Positions 9,955 to 20,914 are shown, counted from the first letter of the stretch. The stretch is 64,000 bases of DNA from Bdellovibrionota bacterium (GCA_044351795.1 JBILFA010000005.1:351-64350), one strand, 5' to 3'. Numbers and translations: made by a program. The notes: a model not told the origin generated them from the sequence alone.

Positions 9955-11835
9955 GTGAACATTTTTTCTCGGCTTCTCTATACTCCTCTGTTCATAGCGC
10001 TCTGTACCGCCATGTGGGCAGAATGTTCTGCTCAAGAGATCTCTCCGTATTTCTTTGACATAGGTACTCCAGCCTTAACCGAACTGTTCGTTGATCCGGA
10101 AAGAGGATCAGATACTGACGATGGGCGCACTCGGACAACCGCGCTTCGAACCGTTAGCGAGGCCTGGCGTCGTATTCCATCGTCTCAAACCCTCAGCAAC
10201 GGATACCGAATCAACTTGTTACCGGGCACCTACGGGGACGATCCCGGTGAGACCCCCTCGTACTGGGAACTCAAGCGTGGGACTTACTCAGCACCGATTA
10301 TCCTCTACGGCGTTGATGGCCAAGGATCTGTGACGTTCACCTCCGACATTAATATGGCGAGGGTCTCGTATTTTTACGTTATCAACATAAACATTACGCG
10401 TGGAGGCGATACCTTTCACTGCGAAGAATGCGATCATATCCTGCTTCGCGGAAACTCATTCATAGGAGCTCCTCAAGGTCGCCTGTCCGGAGAGGTCGCC
10501 CATGAGACTATAAAATTCAATCAATCCCGCCATATCTATATCGAAAACAATCTCATCAAAGGTGCTGATGACAACGCTATCGATTGGGTAGCTGTACAGT
10601 ACGGGCACATCGTGGCCAACACTATTTCAGACTCTCAAAGTTGGTGCACATACGTGAAGGGAGGTTCCGCGTATATCCGTATCGAGGGTAATGAGTTTTC
10701 GGATTGTTTCGAGGGAGGCGTGACCGCAGGACAGGGCACCGGTCTCGAGTACATGACCTCTCCTTGGTTTCGTTACGAGGCCTACGATGTGAAGATCATC
10801 AATAATATACTGCACGACATCTCGGGCGCGGCCCTCGGGGTCAACGGCGGATACAATATTCTTTTGGCGCACAACACCGCATATCGAATCGGCTCTAGGA
10901 GCCATCTTGTGGAGGTTGTCTTTGGCCTACGCTCGTGTGACGAGAACTCTTCGGCTTGCCTCAGTCGTGTCACATCCGGAGCATGGGGACCTCCGGCGGT
11001 AGGGGAGAACACGGAACAGCCGATCGGAAACAAAAATGTGAAGATTCTTAACAACATCTTCTATAATCCCCCGGGCTTTTCCGTAGGAGACCAACACTTC
11101 GCGATTTATGGGCCTCGGGAGCCCACCGCTTCCGGCATTCCAAGCCCTCAACAGACCGATCTCTCTCTGGAAATTAAGGGGAATTTAATCTGGAACGGCA
11201 GTGCCGCGCACCCGCTCGGTATCGAAAACCCGAATGAAGCATGTCGACCCTCGAATCCTACGTGCAATGAAACTCAGCTACGCGCAGACAATTTCATCAA
11301 TGTTACAGTGCCCGATATGCTCGCCCCCGAAAACGGCGACTTCAGGCCAAGGAGCGAGGGAGATATCCTTGCTCTTACTCCCGCTCTCCTCACTGATTTC
11401 ACACCGAGAGGCGAGAGCGAAGCGACCCCCGAGGGAGTTCTCACAAATTCATTTCTCCGCGATCGCTCCGGTTCGGAAGCATTTACTCTGCGTGTCGGTG
11501 CCTACGCGAGCTCCACAGCGAGTATAGCGCCTCCGGTTAACTCCGAAAGTTCTACACCATCAGATCCAAGACCGCCGATACTATCGCTCCTGTCTGCACG
11601 ATCCTCGAGGATTGGAAGAAGCTACCGCATCTCGATCTCATGTGCGGTTGTTGTCACCGGTTCTGTGTCATCCATATCGGCGCGCCTCAGTAGCGGCAAG
11701 CTGATTCCCTTGCAAAAAAGGCGATCGAAATACATCGGCGCAGTCACCGTCCGCTCCAAGAGGCGCCTTTCTGTAACTGTCATACTCACTGACACTAACG
11801 GGCTTACCGCCACGAAAACCACGCGAGTCAGATGA
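9955..11835 (+). CDS. Secreted right-handed parallel beta-helix repeat protein
   Basis: 626 aa with a signal-like N-terminus (LFIALCTAMWAECSAQE). Repeated NN[IL] coil motifs are IENNLIKGADDNAIDW, IINNILHDISGAALGV and ILNNIFYNP. Confidence 0.75.
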   Translation: MNIFSRLLYTPLFIALCTAMWAECSAQEISPYFFDIGTPALTELFVDPERGSDTDDGRTRTTALRTVSEAWRRIPSSQTLSNGYRINLLPGTYGDDPGETPSYWELKRGTYSAPIILYGVDGQGSVTFTSDINMARVSYFYVININITRGGDTFHCEECDHILLRGNSFIGAPQGRLSGEVAHETIKFNQSRHIYIENNLIKGADDNAIDWVAVQYGHIVANTISDSQSWCTYVKGGSAYIRIEGNEFSDCFEGGVTAGQGTGLEYMTSPWFRYEAYDVKIINNILHDISGAALGVNGGYNILLAHNTAYRIGSRSHLVEVVFGLRSCDENSSACLSRVTSGAWGPPAVGENTEQPIGNKNVKILNNIFYNPPGFSVGDQHFAIYGPREPTASGIPSPQQTDLSLEIKGNLIWNGSAAHPLGIENPNEACRPSNPTCNETQLRADNFINVTVPDMLAPENGDFRPRSEGDILALTPALLTDFTPRGESEATPEGVLTNSFLRDRSGSEAFTLRVGAYASSTASIAPPVNSESSTPSDPRPPILSLLSARSSRIGRSYRISISCAVVVTGSVSSISARLSSGKLIPLQKRRSKYIGAVTVRSKRRLSVTVILTDTNGLTATKTTRVR

Positions 11836-11907
11836 TCGTTCGGAGAGAGTTCATAGGCATCGCCCCTCGCCAAACTACGCGCGTGCGTCGTTTTGTCTTG
11901 CTTCTAA

Positions 11908-12972
11908 CTACCACGCCAACTTTCCAGTAAACGAAACCTCCGTTTTTCCAGCCTTAATGAGACCGATAGGGTAGGTGTGGTGTCCATACTTCTCGAGGAT
12001 CGCTATCGTTTTTTGTACGTCATCAGCTCGCACCACCGCAGTGAGTCCGACACCACAATTGAGCGAGCGTAGCATCTCCTCGTCGCTGATCGAACCGATA
12101 TCACGGATCACTTTGAACACCGGGAGCACCTCGATCTTCGAAGCATCAATCTCCGCGTGGGCGCCCTCTTGCAGCACCCTCACCAGATTTCCGGCGACTC
12201 CACCCCCTGTAATGTGCGCTAGACCCGTCACCCGCACCTGCGCGAAGAGCTCCTGGAGCGCTTTGCTGTAGCATGTGTGGGGCTCGAGAACTGCGTCCAA
12301 AAAGGTTTGCCCCCCAGAGACCTGCGATGATGCCAGATCCGGATGTGCATCGAGTAAGCTTCGCACGAGTGTGTATCCGTTGGTGTGCAGACCGTTGGAG
12401 GCCACTGCGAGCACGACGTCGCCCTCTCGTATGGCTGAGCCATCTACGATCTTCTCCTTGTCTACGACACCGAGAGCTGCTGCGCTCAGTATGTATGACC
12501 CTGCAGGGAGCACTCGCGGCTGCTCAGAGGTCTCACCGCCCACGAGGTCACAATCCTGCGCTCGGCATGCATCGGCGACCGCCGCAACGAGTTCAACGAC
12601 GACCTCTTTTTCGAGCGCTCCGCACACAATAGTATCGAGAACTGCAATAGGCCGCGCGCCCATGACTACGACGTCGTTGATGAGGTGATTGACGAGATCG
12701 TATCCGACACCGGCCAGCCGCTTGTGCTGCGCCGCGAGGAGCTGCTTAGACCCCGGTTCCTCCATCTTGAGGACGAGTACCGGGTGTTTACAGTCGCTGA
12801 AAACGCCGTCTACCAGTGAACCGAACGCCCCGAATTTATTGAGCACACGAGGATTGCCGGTCTCGAGCGACTTGGACATTAGCCTTTTTGCGTCATCAGC
12901 ATTACTGATGCTTACACCCGCTTTCTCGTAGGTCATTCCCTCTTTCTTTCCGTCTGCTCCGCTCATATCCAC
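11908..12972 (-). CDS. purM: Phosphoribosylformylglycinamidine cyclo-ligase (AIR synthetase)
   Basis: 354 aa with YEKAGVSI, DLVGGETSEQP and SNGLHTNGYTL, typical PurM motifs. Confidence 0.92.
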   Translation of the reverse strand: MDMSGADGKKEGMTYEKAGVSISNADDAKRLMSKSLETGNPRVLNKFGAFGSLVDGVFSDCKHPVLVLKMEEPGSKQLLAAQHKRLAGVGYDLVNHLINDVVVMGARPIAVLDTIVCGALEKEVVVELVAAVADACRAQDCDLVGGETSEQPRVLPAGSYILSAAALGVVDKEKIVDGSAIREGDVVLAVASNGLHTNGYTLVRSLLDAHPDLASSQVSGGQTFLDAVLEPHTCYSKALQELFAQVRVTGLAHITGGGVAGNLVRVLQEGAHAEIDASKIEVLPVFKVIRDIGSISDEEMLRSLNCGVGLTAVVRADDVQKTIAILEKYGHHTYPIGLIKAGKTEVSFTGKLAW

Positions 12973-13026
12973 CTCTATTCGGCTCTTGGGGGCCCTGGGG
13001 CTAGAAAGTTAGCACGGGTAGACTCA

Positions 13027-14421
13027 ATGATACAGAACCACCCTGCCCAGATGCACCCCGACAAAAAACACCTTCTTGAAACCCCGAGGCTCCACTATAA
13101 CTTTACCAACACTCAATCGCTGGATTACCCTTTGCCCCGTCTACAAAAAGCGTTGATTCACATGAACGACTCGAACCTTGCAAGCGTTGAACCGACCCTA
13201 TCTTCCTCCACCGCCGTCAGTCCACAGACGGTCGATTCATTGGTGGAACAGTTGAAAAGCCTCGATTCACGGAAGGCGGCACAAGCCATCTCTGCACTCG
13301 ACGCAAATACCGCTGCCGAGGCTCTAAGGCGGCTCAGCCCTGTAACGATGGGAGCCATCCTCGAACAGTGCGCCGCAGAGTCTCGTGATCGCATTACCGT
13401 CTACTTTCCATCCAACGTAGCGGCACAGGTCATGACGAATGCAACATTCCCAAAGGACAGTATCGGACGCCTCATGGACCCCCCGGTGGCGCTTTTCAAG
13501 CCGGAAGATTCCGTGGCGAGCGTCATCGCAGAGCTGCGGGAGATCGTAAAAAAAGAGTTCGTCACATACGTCTACATCGTTGATGATCACAAGAAACTCA
13601 TCGGGCTGGTCGTCATGCGCGACCTTCTCTTTGCCGATCCCACGCAACGTCTCTCGGAGATAACGCTCTCCCAACCTTTTGCACTCAATGCGACAACGCC
13701 GCTCATGGACGGAATGAAAGAGGTTCTCCTGCGTCACTATCCGGTCTATCCCGTCGTAAACAACTCGGGCGAACTGCTCGGGCTCGTGCGCGGCTTCCGG
13801 CTCTTTGAGGCTCAAGCTGTGGAGATTAGCGCTCAAGCGGGTAGTATGGTGGGTGTCGAAAAGGAAGAACGGGTCTCGACCTCTCTGCTACGCAGTTTTT
13901 CGTACCGTCATCCGTGGCTTCAACTGAACCTACTCACAGCCTTCGTCGCAGGCGCAGTAGTCAGCTTCTTTCAAGAGACGATCGATCAGGTCGTAGTGCT
14001 CGCCTCGTTCCTTCCTGTGTTGGCCGGGCAATCCGGCAATACCGGCTGCCAGGCCCTCGCCGTAACGCTGCGAGGAATGACCCTGGGAGACCTCGACTCG
14101 CAGAAGCTCTCGAAGGTAATCAGCAAAGAAGCGCTCCTGGGGGCCATGAACGGAGCGCTCGTTGGGCTCTCGGCAGCTCTTGGCATGTACATACTGGCGA
14201 GCTCCCAATCTCATCCGGCGGCTCTTACCCTTAGCACCATCGTTTTCATCGCCATGATCGGAAGCTGCCTCGTCAGCGGCCTCTCGGGCACCCTGGTACC
14301 CTTGGCCCTACGCAAGGTCGGAGCAGATCCAGCGACTGCTTCGAGCATCTTTCTCACCACTGCTACGGACGTGGTCAGCATGGGATTGCTCTTGTCCTTG
14401 GCCTCCGTAGCGTTGATGTAG
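13027..14421 (+). CDS. mgtE: Magnesium transporter MgtE
   Basis: MgtE N-domain, CBS pair and C-terminal membrane domain (LAGQSGNTGCQALAV, TTATDVVSMG). The true start may be the ATG at 13162. Confidence 0.9.
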   Translation: MIQNHPAQMHPDKKHLLETPRLHYNFTNTQSLDYPLPRLQKALIHMNDSNLASVEPTLSSSTAVSPQTVDSLVEQLKSLDSRKAAQAISALDANTAAEALRRLSPVTMGAILEQCAAESRDRITVYFPSNVAAQVMTNATFPKDSIGRLMDPPVALFKPEDSVASVIAELREIVKKEFVTYVYIVDDHKKLIGLVVMRDLLFADPTQRLSEITLSQPFALNATTPLMDGMKEVLLRHYPVYPVVNNSGELLGLVRGFRLFEAQAVEISAQAGSMVGVEKEERVSTSLLRSFSYRHPWLQLNLLTAFVAGAVVSFFQETIDQVVVLASFLPVLAGQSGNTGCQALAVTLRGMTLGDLDSQKLSKVISKEALLGAMNGALVGLSAALGMYILASSQSHPAALTLSTIVFIAMIGSCLVSGLSGTLVPLALRKVGADPATASSIFLTTATDVVSMGLLLSLASVALM

Positions 14422-14566
14422 GACTCTACTCACACCTCAGGTACGGATTTCAAGGAGGCGGTCCTGCATTGCGCCGCGGCTGGTTTTACAGGTACCCGCT
14501 GCAAGCTTCCTTTAGCACGTCATCTCCGTTGCCCCCTCGCCGCTCTAAGGCTAGATTGAGAGGCCT

Positions 14567-15580
14567 ATGCACGAAGCAGATATCCGCGACTCAGCCTCCC
14601 TCGAAAGATCCATAAAGGACTTTCAAACCTCCTTCCTGAAGATAGAACAGGAGGTCGGCAAAGCTATCGTCGGTATGCAGGACGTCGTGAGAGGAACGCT
14701 CTCGGCTATCTGTGCAAGGGGACACGTTCTCCTGGAGGGAGTTCCCGGTCTCGGGAAGACCTCCCTGGTCAAATCGATATCTCAGGCCCTCGGGCTGACC
14801 TTCAAGCGCGTTCAGTTCACCCCCGATCTCATGCCTTCGGATGTGACCGGTACTCAGATCCTCACGGAAGACGAGCATGGAGGGCGCCGTTTCGTATTCA
14901 AGGAGGGCCCAATCTTCGCCAACATCGTTCTCGCTGATGAGATAAACCGAGCCACGGCGAAAACACAGTCTTCGCTGCTCGAAGCGATGGAGGAGCGTCA
15001 AGTAACGGTGCTCGACCAGACCCATCTGTTGCCGAAGCCTTTCTTCGTGCTCGCCACTCAGAATCCGATCGAGCTCGAAGGTACATACCCACTACCGGAA
15101 GCACAGCTCGATCGATTCCTCTTCAAGCTCATCGTCTCGCCTCCTACCTCACAGGAGCTCAAAGATATTCTATCCCGCACAACGGGCGCGACCGTGCACG
15201 AAGTCACACCCGTATTTCCTGCCGATCAGGCCCAGGCCTACATCCTAGCGATGCAAAACATCGTCCGCCACGTGGTGGTCTCTGATCCGATGCAAGAGGT
15301 AATCGTGCGAGTTATCGCCGCCCTGACCCCGAGCTCTCCGTTTGCAACACCCAAAGTGAAGCAGTACCTACGCTTCGGCCCAGGACCTCGCGGAGCTCAA
15401 GCTGTCGTGCTCGCGGCCAAGGTCGCCGCTCTTCTCGATGGCAGGATTAATCTCTCCTTTGAGGATATACGCGGAGTCATTAAACCGGCTCTGCGCCATC
15501 GTCTGATAGTAAACTTCCAGGCAGAGGCTGACGCGATCAGCGCAGATGATCTGATCGAGGAGGTGCGTAACGCCAAGTAA
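14567..15580 (+). CDS. MoxR-family AAA+ ATPase
   Basis: 337 aa with Walker A LLEGVPGLGKT, Walker B VLADEINRA and ATQNPIELEGTYPLPEAQLDRF. Confidence 0.92.
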   Translation: MHEADIRDSASLERSIKDFQTSFLKIEQEVGKAIVGMQDVVRGTLSAICARGHVLLEGVPGLGKTSLVKSISQALGLTFKRVQFTPDLMPSDVTGTQILTEDEHGGRRFVFKEGPIFANIVLADEINRATAKTQSSLLEAMEERQVTVLDQTHLLPKPFFVLATQNPIELEGTYPLPEAQLDRFLFKLIVSPPTSQELKDILSRTTGATVHEVTPVFPADQAQAYILAMQNIVRHVVVSDPMQEVIVRVIAALTPSSPFATPKVKQYLRFGPGPRGAQAVVLAAKVAALLDGRINLSFEDIRGVIKPALRHRLIVNFQAEADAISADDLIEEVRNAK

Positions 15581-15591
15581 GGTGATCTCCG

Positions 15592-16482
15592 ATGCTCATA
15601 GATGCCGACACCTTACGTATCCTCAACGCCTTTGCTCTCCGGACTCGCCGCTCTTTTTTCGGAATGCGCCAAGGGGCTCACAGATCCCCTCGACGCGGCC
15701 ACGGCGTAGAGTTCGCCGAATATCGAAAATACGAGATCGGGGACAATCCGAGATACATCGACTGGAACCTCTTCGCGCGCAGCGACAAGCTCTACATACG
15801 TCGATACCTGCAGGAGGAAAGCGTTTCTCTCTTCATCATTATCGACGGCTCTCGCTCTCTGACGCATCCAGCTCTGAGGAGCAAATGGGACCTCGCAACC
15901 TTACTTGCGGCTTTTACCTCCTACATCGCCCTTTCTGCGCAAGATCCTGTCACTATCTCTGTACTGGGCGGGGCGCACAGCTCAATCTTCTGGGGCGGAA
16001 AAGCTTTTAATTCCGTCAAGAACTTCCTTCAGCAATCGACCGACTCTCTCGTGCACGACTCTCCGCTCACTATCGACGTCGTCGAGGCATCGCGTCGTCT
16101 TGCTACGCGTGTTCAATTCCCAGGCGTGTGTGTCTTCATCTCTGACTTTTTGTACCCGCTCGATACCGTAGCCGAAGCGCTCGGCGCATTTCGCGCACGC
16201 AACATGGAGGTCCATGCGATTCAGCTCCTTGGTCGTTCAGATATCGAGCCCGACCCCGGCTCACCCGGTGCGACCTTAACCGACAGCGAAACAGGAGAGC
16301 AGCTTGGACTCTCTCTCGATCCAGAATCCCGCGCGAGATATACAGAGCTGCTTCAGCAGCACATAGATGCAGTTCGAAACCACTGTTTATCGCGCCAAAT
16401 TAAATTCGTCTCGATGGAGGTTCGAGAGCCGTTGACCGAATGCGGGATCGAAACCCTTACCAACATGAGTCTGTTCCTATGA
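15592..16482 (+). CDS. DUF58 domain protein (MoxR partner)
   Basis: 296 aa. GHGVEFAEYRKYEIGDNPRYIDW is the diagnostic DUF58 motif. It lies directly downstream of the MoxR gene. Confidence 0.85.
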   Translation: MLIDADTLRILNAFALRTRRSFFGMRQGAHRSPRRGHGVEFAEYRKYEIGDNPRYIDWNLFARSDKLYIRRYLQEESVSLFIIIDGSRSLTHPALRSKWDLATLLAAFTSYIALSAQDPVTISVLGGAHSSIFWGGKAFNSVKNFLQQSTDSLVHDSPLTIDVVEASRRLATRVQFPGVCVFISDFLYPLDTVAEALGAFRARNMEVHAIQLLGRSDIEPDPGSPGATLTDSETGEQLGLSLDPESRARYTELLQQHIDAVRNHCLSRQIKFVSMEVREPLTECGIETLTNMSLFL

Positions 16483-18353
16483 TATCGCTCTTCGGCACGA
16501 CTCTAGGCTCAACTGCGCCTTGGCTCCTCCTCGGGGTACCGATTGCAACCGCGTTGCTGGTGTATGTATACCGAAACCTCGGGACCTCTCAGCACGCGGT
16601 CGTATCAACCCTCCTCTTTCTCCGCGAGCTACCCCAACGCCCTACCAGCAGGAAGAGGTTCATCCCACCCTTTCAGTTCTGGATTGAACTTACCGCTCTC
16701 TCGCTTCTCTCCTTGGCAGGAGCCGGTGTCTTCCTCTCCAACACAGGCCGCAAGATAGCGATCGTTATCGATCGCTCTCTCAGCATGGAGGCTCCCGGCA
16801 GCGACGGCACACGCCGTATAGACGCTGCGAAACGACTCGCTATCGCCGACATAACGCAGAGCCTGCCGACCACCCGATTCTCACTCTTCTCGGCTCAATC
16901 TAATTTAAAGCCTCTCTCTTCCGAAAAGCTTACTGCGGGGGAGGCCGCCTCGCTCATCTCTCCTCTGACCACCGTGCCAGCCGAAGATCGCCTGCAGCTA
17001 CACCTTCCTCAACTTGTAGGGAGTGGAGAGTACGATTCAGTGTGGGTGTACACCGATCGCTCTCTGGGAGCCGCTACAGTGACGCCCTCCGTACGGGTCG
17101 TTTCCGTGGCCGACAGTAGCGCCTCACGTCCTTTGGGAAACGTGTGGATGCGAGGCATCTCCACTAAAAAGATCGAGGGTCGCACCTTCCTGTCGGTATC
17201 CCTGGAACAGATCGGTGCAGCAAGCCTTCCTATTACGATCTCGGCTACCTGCTACGAAGCGAACGGCGCTAGCGGCTCCAGCAGATCCCGCATGGTGCCC
17301 GACACGACCGTAGAAGCGCCCAACGGGGTATCGACCACGACACAACTCGGCCCTTTGGATTTCCCGTGGTCCTACTGCCGGGCTCACGCGGTCTCCAACT
17401 CTCCAGGTACAACAGACCTGATCACTAATGACAATGATGCATGGATTACCTCGGATGCCGTCGCCTCTACCGTGGCACTCATCAGCCCACTCTCGCCCGA
17501 GCAGCTCAAGATCGAACGAATCGGCGGCTTCTCGGTTGTCGCAAGCAGTCCTACTCCTGCACAAGAGCGCAGTGTTCAATCGCCGATTATAGTTCACCGT
17601 TCTCCGGCCCCAAAAGAGCCGCAATCCTCAACCTTACTCGTCTTTCCTCCAGTGGGACCACTACCGTGGGGAGGGGCTGTCCGCGAGTCGGAGAATCGGC
17701 CGCTCCAGATATCACGCTGGAATAACGCTCATCCTGTGATGACCTATGTCAATCCGACTCTACTCAACCTTCAAGCGACGCGCGTGATTGAGTGCCCACC
17801 CTCAGCCACATCGATCCTCACAACCACGATCGGCACAGTGGCCTGTGTCGGCGAGCACCAAGGCGCTCGTTATGCCGTTATGGGCTTTGAGATATTCCCC
17901 TTCGATGGATCCAAAACCCCGACCTTGAGCATCCTCACCTTAAACCTCTTCAAGTGGCTCTTCGAGGCGCAGACCTCTTCGCAAAAAATTGTGCCGTTTG
18001 ACACCTTGGCACTGCCCCGTGGTGTGACCGAGGCGAGCTATCTGGCACCCGGTAGCAACACACTCGCTGTTTCGGAGCGTAGCACCATCACTCCTGAAAC
18101 GCCGGGAGTTATCCGACTCTCCGATGCAACCAGTGGGGTTTCTTTCATGAAGGCTGTGAACCTCCTCTCGGATCAGGAATCCAATCTTGCCGAGAATGCT
18201 CCGATTAGTTTGAGCTTTTCAGATCGGCCCTCCGTGAACTCATCCAAGGAGTCTTTCGACATCGCGCCGTGGCTCGCGACGCTCGCGGTACTCGTATTGC
18301 TTTTCGACCTGATCCGCCGAATCGCCCGTGTCACTCGATGGAGCCGATCATGA
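16479..18353 (+). CDS. BatA-like membrane protein with N-terminal aerotolerance-regulator-type anchor and VWA-like MIDAS segment
   Basis: The ATG at 16479 overlaps the upstream stop (ATGA). It has an N-terminal anchor (PWLLLGVPIATALLVYVY), a DxSxS-type motif (IVIDRSLSM) and a C-terminal TM helix. Confidence 0.7.
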   Translation: MISLFGTTLGSTAPWLLLGVPIATALLVYVYRNLGTSQHAVVSTLLFLRELPQRPTSRKRFIPPFQFWIELTALSLLSLAGAGVFLSNTGRKIAIVIDRSLSMEAPGSDGTRRIDAAKRLAIADITQSLPTTRFSLFSAQSNLKPLSSEKLTAGEAASLISPLTTVPAEDRLQLHLPQLVGSGEYDSVWVYTDRSLGAATVTPSVRVVSVADSSASRPLGNVWMRGISTKKIEGRTFLSVSLEQIGAASLPITISATCYEANGASGSSRSRMVPDTTVEAPNGVSTTTQLGPLDFPWSYCRAHAVSNSPGTTDLITNDNDAWITSDAVASTVALISPLSPEQLKIERIGGFSVVASSPTPAQERSVQSPIIVHRSPAPKEPQSSTLLVFPPVGPLPWGGAVRESENRPLQISRWNNAHPVMTYVNPTLLNLQATRVIECPPSATSILTTTIGTVACVGEHQGARYAVMGFEIFPFDGSKTPTLSILTLNLFKWLFEAQTSSQKIVPFDTLALPRGVTEASYLAPGSNTLAVSERSTITPETPGVIRLSDATSGVSFMKAVNLLSDQESNLAENAPISLSFSDRPSVNSSKESFDIAPWLATLAVLVLLFDLIRRIARVTRWSRS

Positions 18354-20914
18354 ACTTCGAACATCCCGGCCTGCTCTATCTGATCATCCTCACTGGAGCT
18401 CTCGTGCTGATGACCTTCCGGCACCGAGGTAGCCGCACACTCTCTGCATTCACAATCGCAACGGCCCGATTTCTTGCATTAGCTACAGCCGTGATAGCCC
18501 TCGCCGGACCATATACGACGACGGAGCGCCCTGCGGAGAGCCTCCTTGCCCTGATCGACACCTCGGCGAGCGTCTCTGAAACGATGGGGGAAGAGCTTCT
18601 GCGGCGGGCTTCTGCTCTCAGTAAAGAGGTTGGGGTGCCGCTGAAAGTCCTCCCGTTCGCCAAAACGGTAGCTCCGGTCGCTGTTGCTCTCGAGAGCACA
18701 TCGTATCAGACGCTCCGTTCTGCATGGGAGAAGCTCGACAGTGGTGCAACCAACATCGAGCTTGCACTCACCACTGTACCGAGCAGCGATGGGGCCGTGT
18801 CGCTTCTTCTCTCAGATGGATATGAAACCATCGGTAGTGTAGTGCCGCACCTCTCGTCTATGTCCACAGCTCGTATATACCCACTGGCAGTAGGTGGAGG
18901 AGCAGAGGACGAAGCGATCACCATCTCCCATCTCCATACGCCGCTCACGGTTAAGGCCCAAAAGAGCGCTGAGATACGCACGACCCTCACCAACTCGCAG
19001 TCGACACCCCGAAACGGGACTTTGACCATAAAGCACGGAGATAAGAGCGTTCTCTCAAAGTCGATTAGCGTGCCTCCCGGGCAGGATCTCACCGTCTTAG
19101 CCCAAAGCGATCCTTCTCTCGAAGGACTGAACCCAATCACAGCGACATTCGCCTGGAGCGATAGCGGTGGGGCGCATTCAATTTCAAGGGCAGGTTGGCT
19201 CTCCGGCGAGAAACGAGACAAGGTGCTCCTTCTTTCGGGCTCTCCCGATGACGAGCGCTATCTCCCGCAGATCTTGAACAGCCAAGCCTATCAACTTCGG
19301 ACGCAGAACACATCGAGCAACCTCTCATCTCTCGGCAAGCCCGAGGATTACCGCGTCATCATTCTCAATAACATTCCCCGTTCAGCTGTACCGAGCACTT
19401 TTCTGGACGCAGTACCTTCCGCAGTGCGAGGCGGCGCAAGTTTCGTCATGATCGGCGGCAACAAAAGCTTCGGATTGGGCGGCTACATCGACACCTCGAT
19501 TGAATCGATCTTGCCCGTTAAGCTCGTCCCTCCACATACCGAAAAGAAACGGCTCAACATCGCCGTGCAATTAGTTATCGACAAATCGCGCAGCATGGCC
19601 GCCGAAAGCAAGCTCGACTTCGCTAAAAGTGCGAGCAACCAGGTACTCGAATCTCTCAAGGACGAAGACTATCTCGGTATAATCGGTTTTGATGAGTTCC
19701 CATTCCTCGCCTTACCACTCTCTCCCGTGGGACAATCTCGTAGCATCGCTCGAGACCGTATCGGCCGTCTCTTTCCCCGTAGTAAGACCAACCTCTTTCC
19801 CGCCTTGGACGAAGCTCGCAACGGTTTGATGCGTGTGAACGCAGGGCGCAAGCACGCTATCGTACTCACAGATGGCAAGCTTCCCGATGCCGGTGAGTAT
19901 TATTTCGAGTTACTACGTCAGATGCGCGGCGTAGGTATCACGGTTTCTACCGTCCTGATTGGAAGTGACGATGATCAAGGATTCCTCGCTCAGATGGCAC
20001 AACGCGGTGGAGGCTCATACTACCAAACCAACGATCCATCCAATCTCCCAAAGATATTCCTCTCTGATGTGAAGGTAGCCTCCGGTGAGCAAACCCTCAA
20101 GGAGACCTCTGAACTGTACGTGAGTCCAGGGCCGAGCGGTATAATCAGCACATCACTCTCGAGCTTCCCCTCTCTGCGGGGTTTCGTGCAGACGCTCGCG
20201 CGCGATAGTGCAAACACCGAACTAATCATCGCCGAGGACGACAAAGCCTACCCCTTGCTTGCAACATGGGAGGTCGGCCAAGGGCGCGCCGTTGCCTTTA
20301 CCTCTGACGCCAACGGTCGCTGGTCGTCGAATTGGATGCGATGGCAGAGCATTAACGAGTTCTGGTCCGACATCCTGGAATCAAGCCTCCCGAAAGGTGC
20401 CGGTACGAGCTCCAGTATTCCGTTCGACGCGCGCTCGTGGCTCGATGGAGGAGATCTCGTGATCGACCTCACGATCTATCAAGACACCGGCTCATCCCGT
20501 ATCTCCGGCTCCATTCTCACTCCGATGGGAGATGACCGTATCCTGAATTTCCAAAGTTTGAGCCCCGGCCACTATCAGGCGAGACTGGACCGACCTACCG
20601 CGGGCACCTACAAAGCTACTGTCCGAGTAGGAGACGCGACTCTTCCCACTGTCGCATGGACACTCTCAGGTGAGCTTTTCGGCGAACAGCCGCGCCGGCG
20701 ACCTAATACCCCGCTACTCGAACAGATCGCCTCGCAAACCGGCGGCAAAGTTAATCCTTCCGCCGAGGATCTCAAGAGTAGTATCAGCGTGCTCTCTGAC
20801 AAAGAAGGCAAACAGCCGCTCTTTCTGCTGATAGCTTTAGCTCTCTTGTTCGCGGAGATACTCGTGCGCGAGTTCGGTCGATATCTTTGGTTTTCGAAGT
20901 CCAGGGCTGGATAG
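18350..20914 (+). CDS. VWA domain-containing membrane protein (BatB/large Bat-like)
   Basis: The ATG at 18350 overlaps the upstream stop (ATGA). It has N-terminal TM helices, a MIDAS motif (LVIDKSRSM), HAIVLTDG and a C-terminal TM helix (LFLLIALALLFAEILV). Confidence 0.75.
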   Translation: MNFEHPGLLYLIILTGALVLMTFRHRGSRTLSAFTIATARFLALATAVIALAGPYTTTERPAESLLALIDTSASVSETMGEELLRRASALSKEVGVPLKVLPFAKTVAPVAVALESTSYQTLRSAWEKLDSGATNIELALTTVPSSDGAVSLLLSDGYETIGSVVPHLSSMSTARIYPLAVGGGAEDEAITISHLHTPLTVKAQKSAEIRTTLTNSQSTPRNGTLTIKHGDKSVLSKSISVPPGQDLTVLAQSDPSLEGLNPITATFAWSDSGGAHSISRAGWLSGEKRDKVLLLSGSPDDERYLPQILNSQAYQLRTQNTSSNLSSLGKPEDYRVIILNNIPRSAVPSTFLDAVPSAVRGGASFVMIGGNKSFGLGGYIDTSIESILPVKLVPPHTEKKRLNIAVQLVIDKSRSMAAESKLDFAKSASNQVLESLKDEDYLGIIGFDEFPFLALPLSPVGQSRSIARDRIGRLFPRSKTNLFPALDEARNGLMRVNAGRKHAIVLTDGKLPDAGEYYFELLRQMRGVGITVSTVLIGSDDDQGFLAQMAQRGGGSYYQTNDPSNLPKIFLSDVKVASGEQTLKETSELYVSPGPSGIISTSLSSFPSLRGFVQTLARDSANTELIIAEDDKAYPLLATWEVGQGRAVAFTSDANGRWSSNWMRWQSINEFWSDILESSLPKGAGTSSSIPFDARSWLDGGDLVIDLTIYQDTGSSRISGSILTPMGDDRILNFQSLSPGHYQARLDRPTAGTYKATVRVGDATLPTVAWTLSGELFGEQPRRRPNTPLLEQIASQTGGKVNPSAEDLKSSISVLSDKEGKQPLFLLIALALLFAEILVREFGRYLWFSKSRAG

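Noticed and set aside
12275-12688. Long antisense or alternative-frame ORFs inside confidently identified genes (for example within purM, cysT 61264-61899, the metzincin gene and the 7759-9867 gene)
   Set aside because: They are typical shadow ORFs of GC-rich coding regions. The opposite or primary frame carries clear family motifs.
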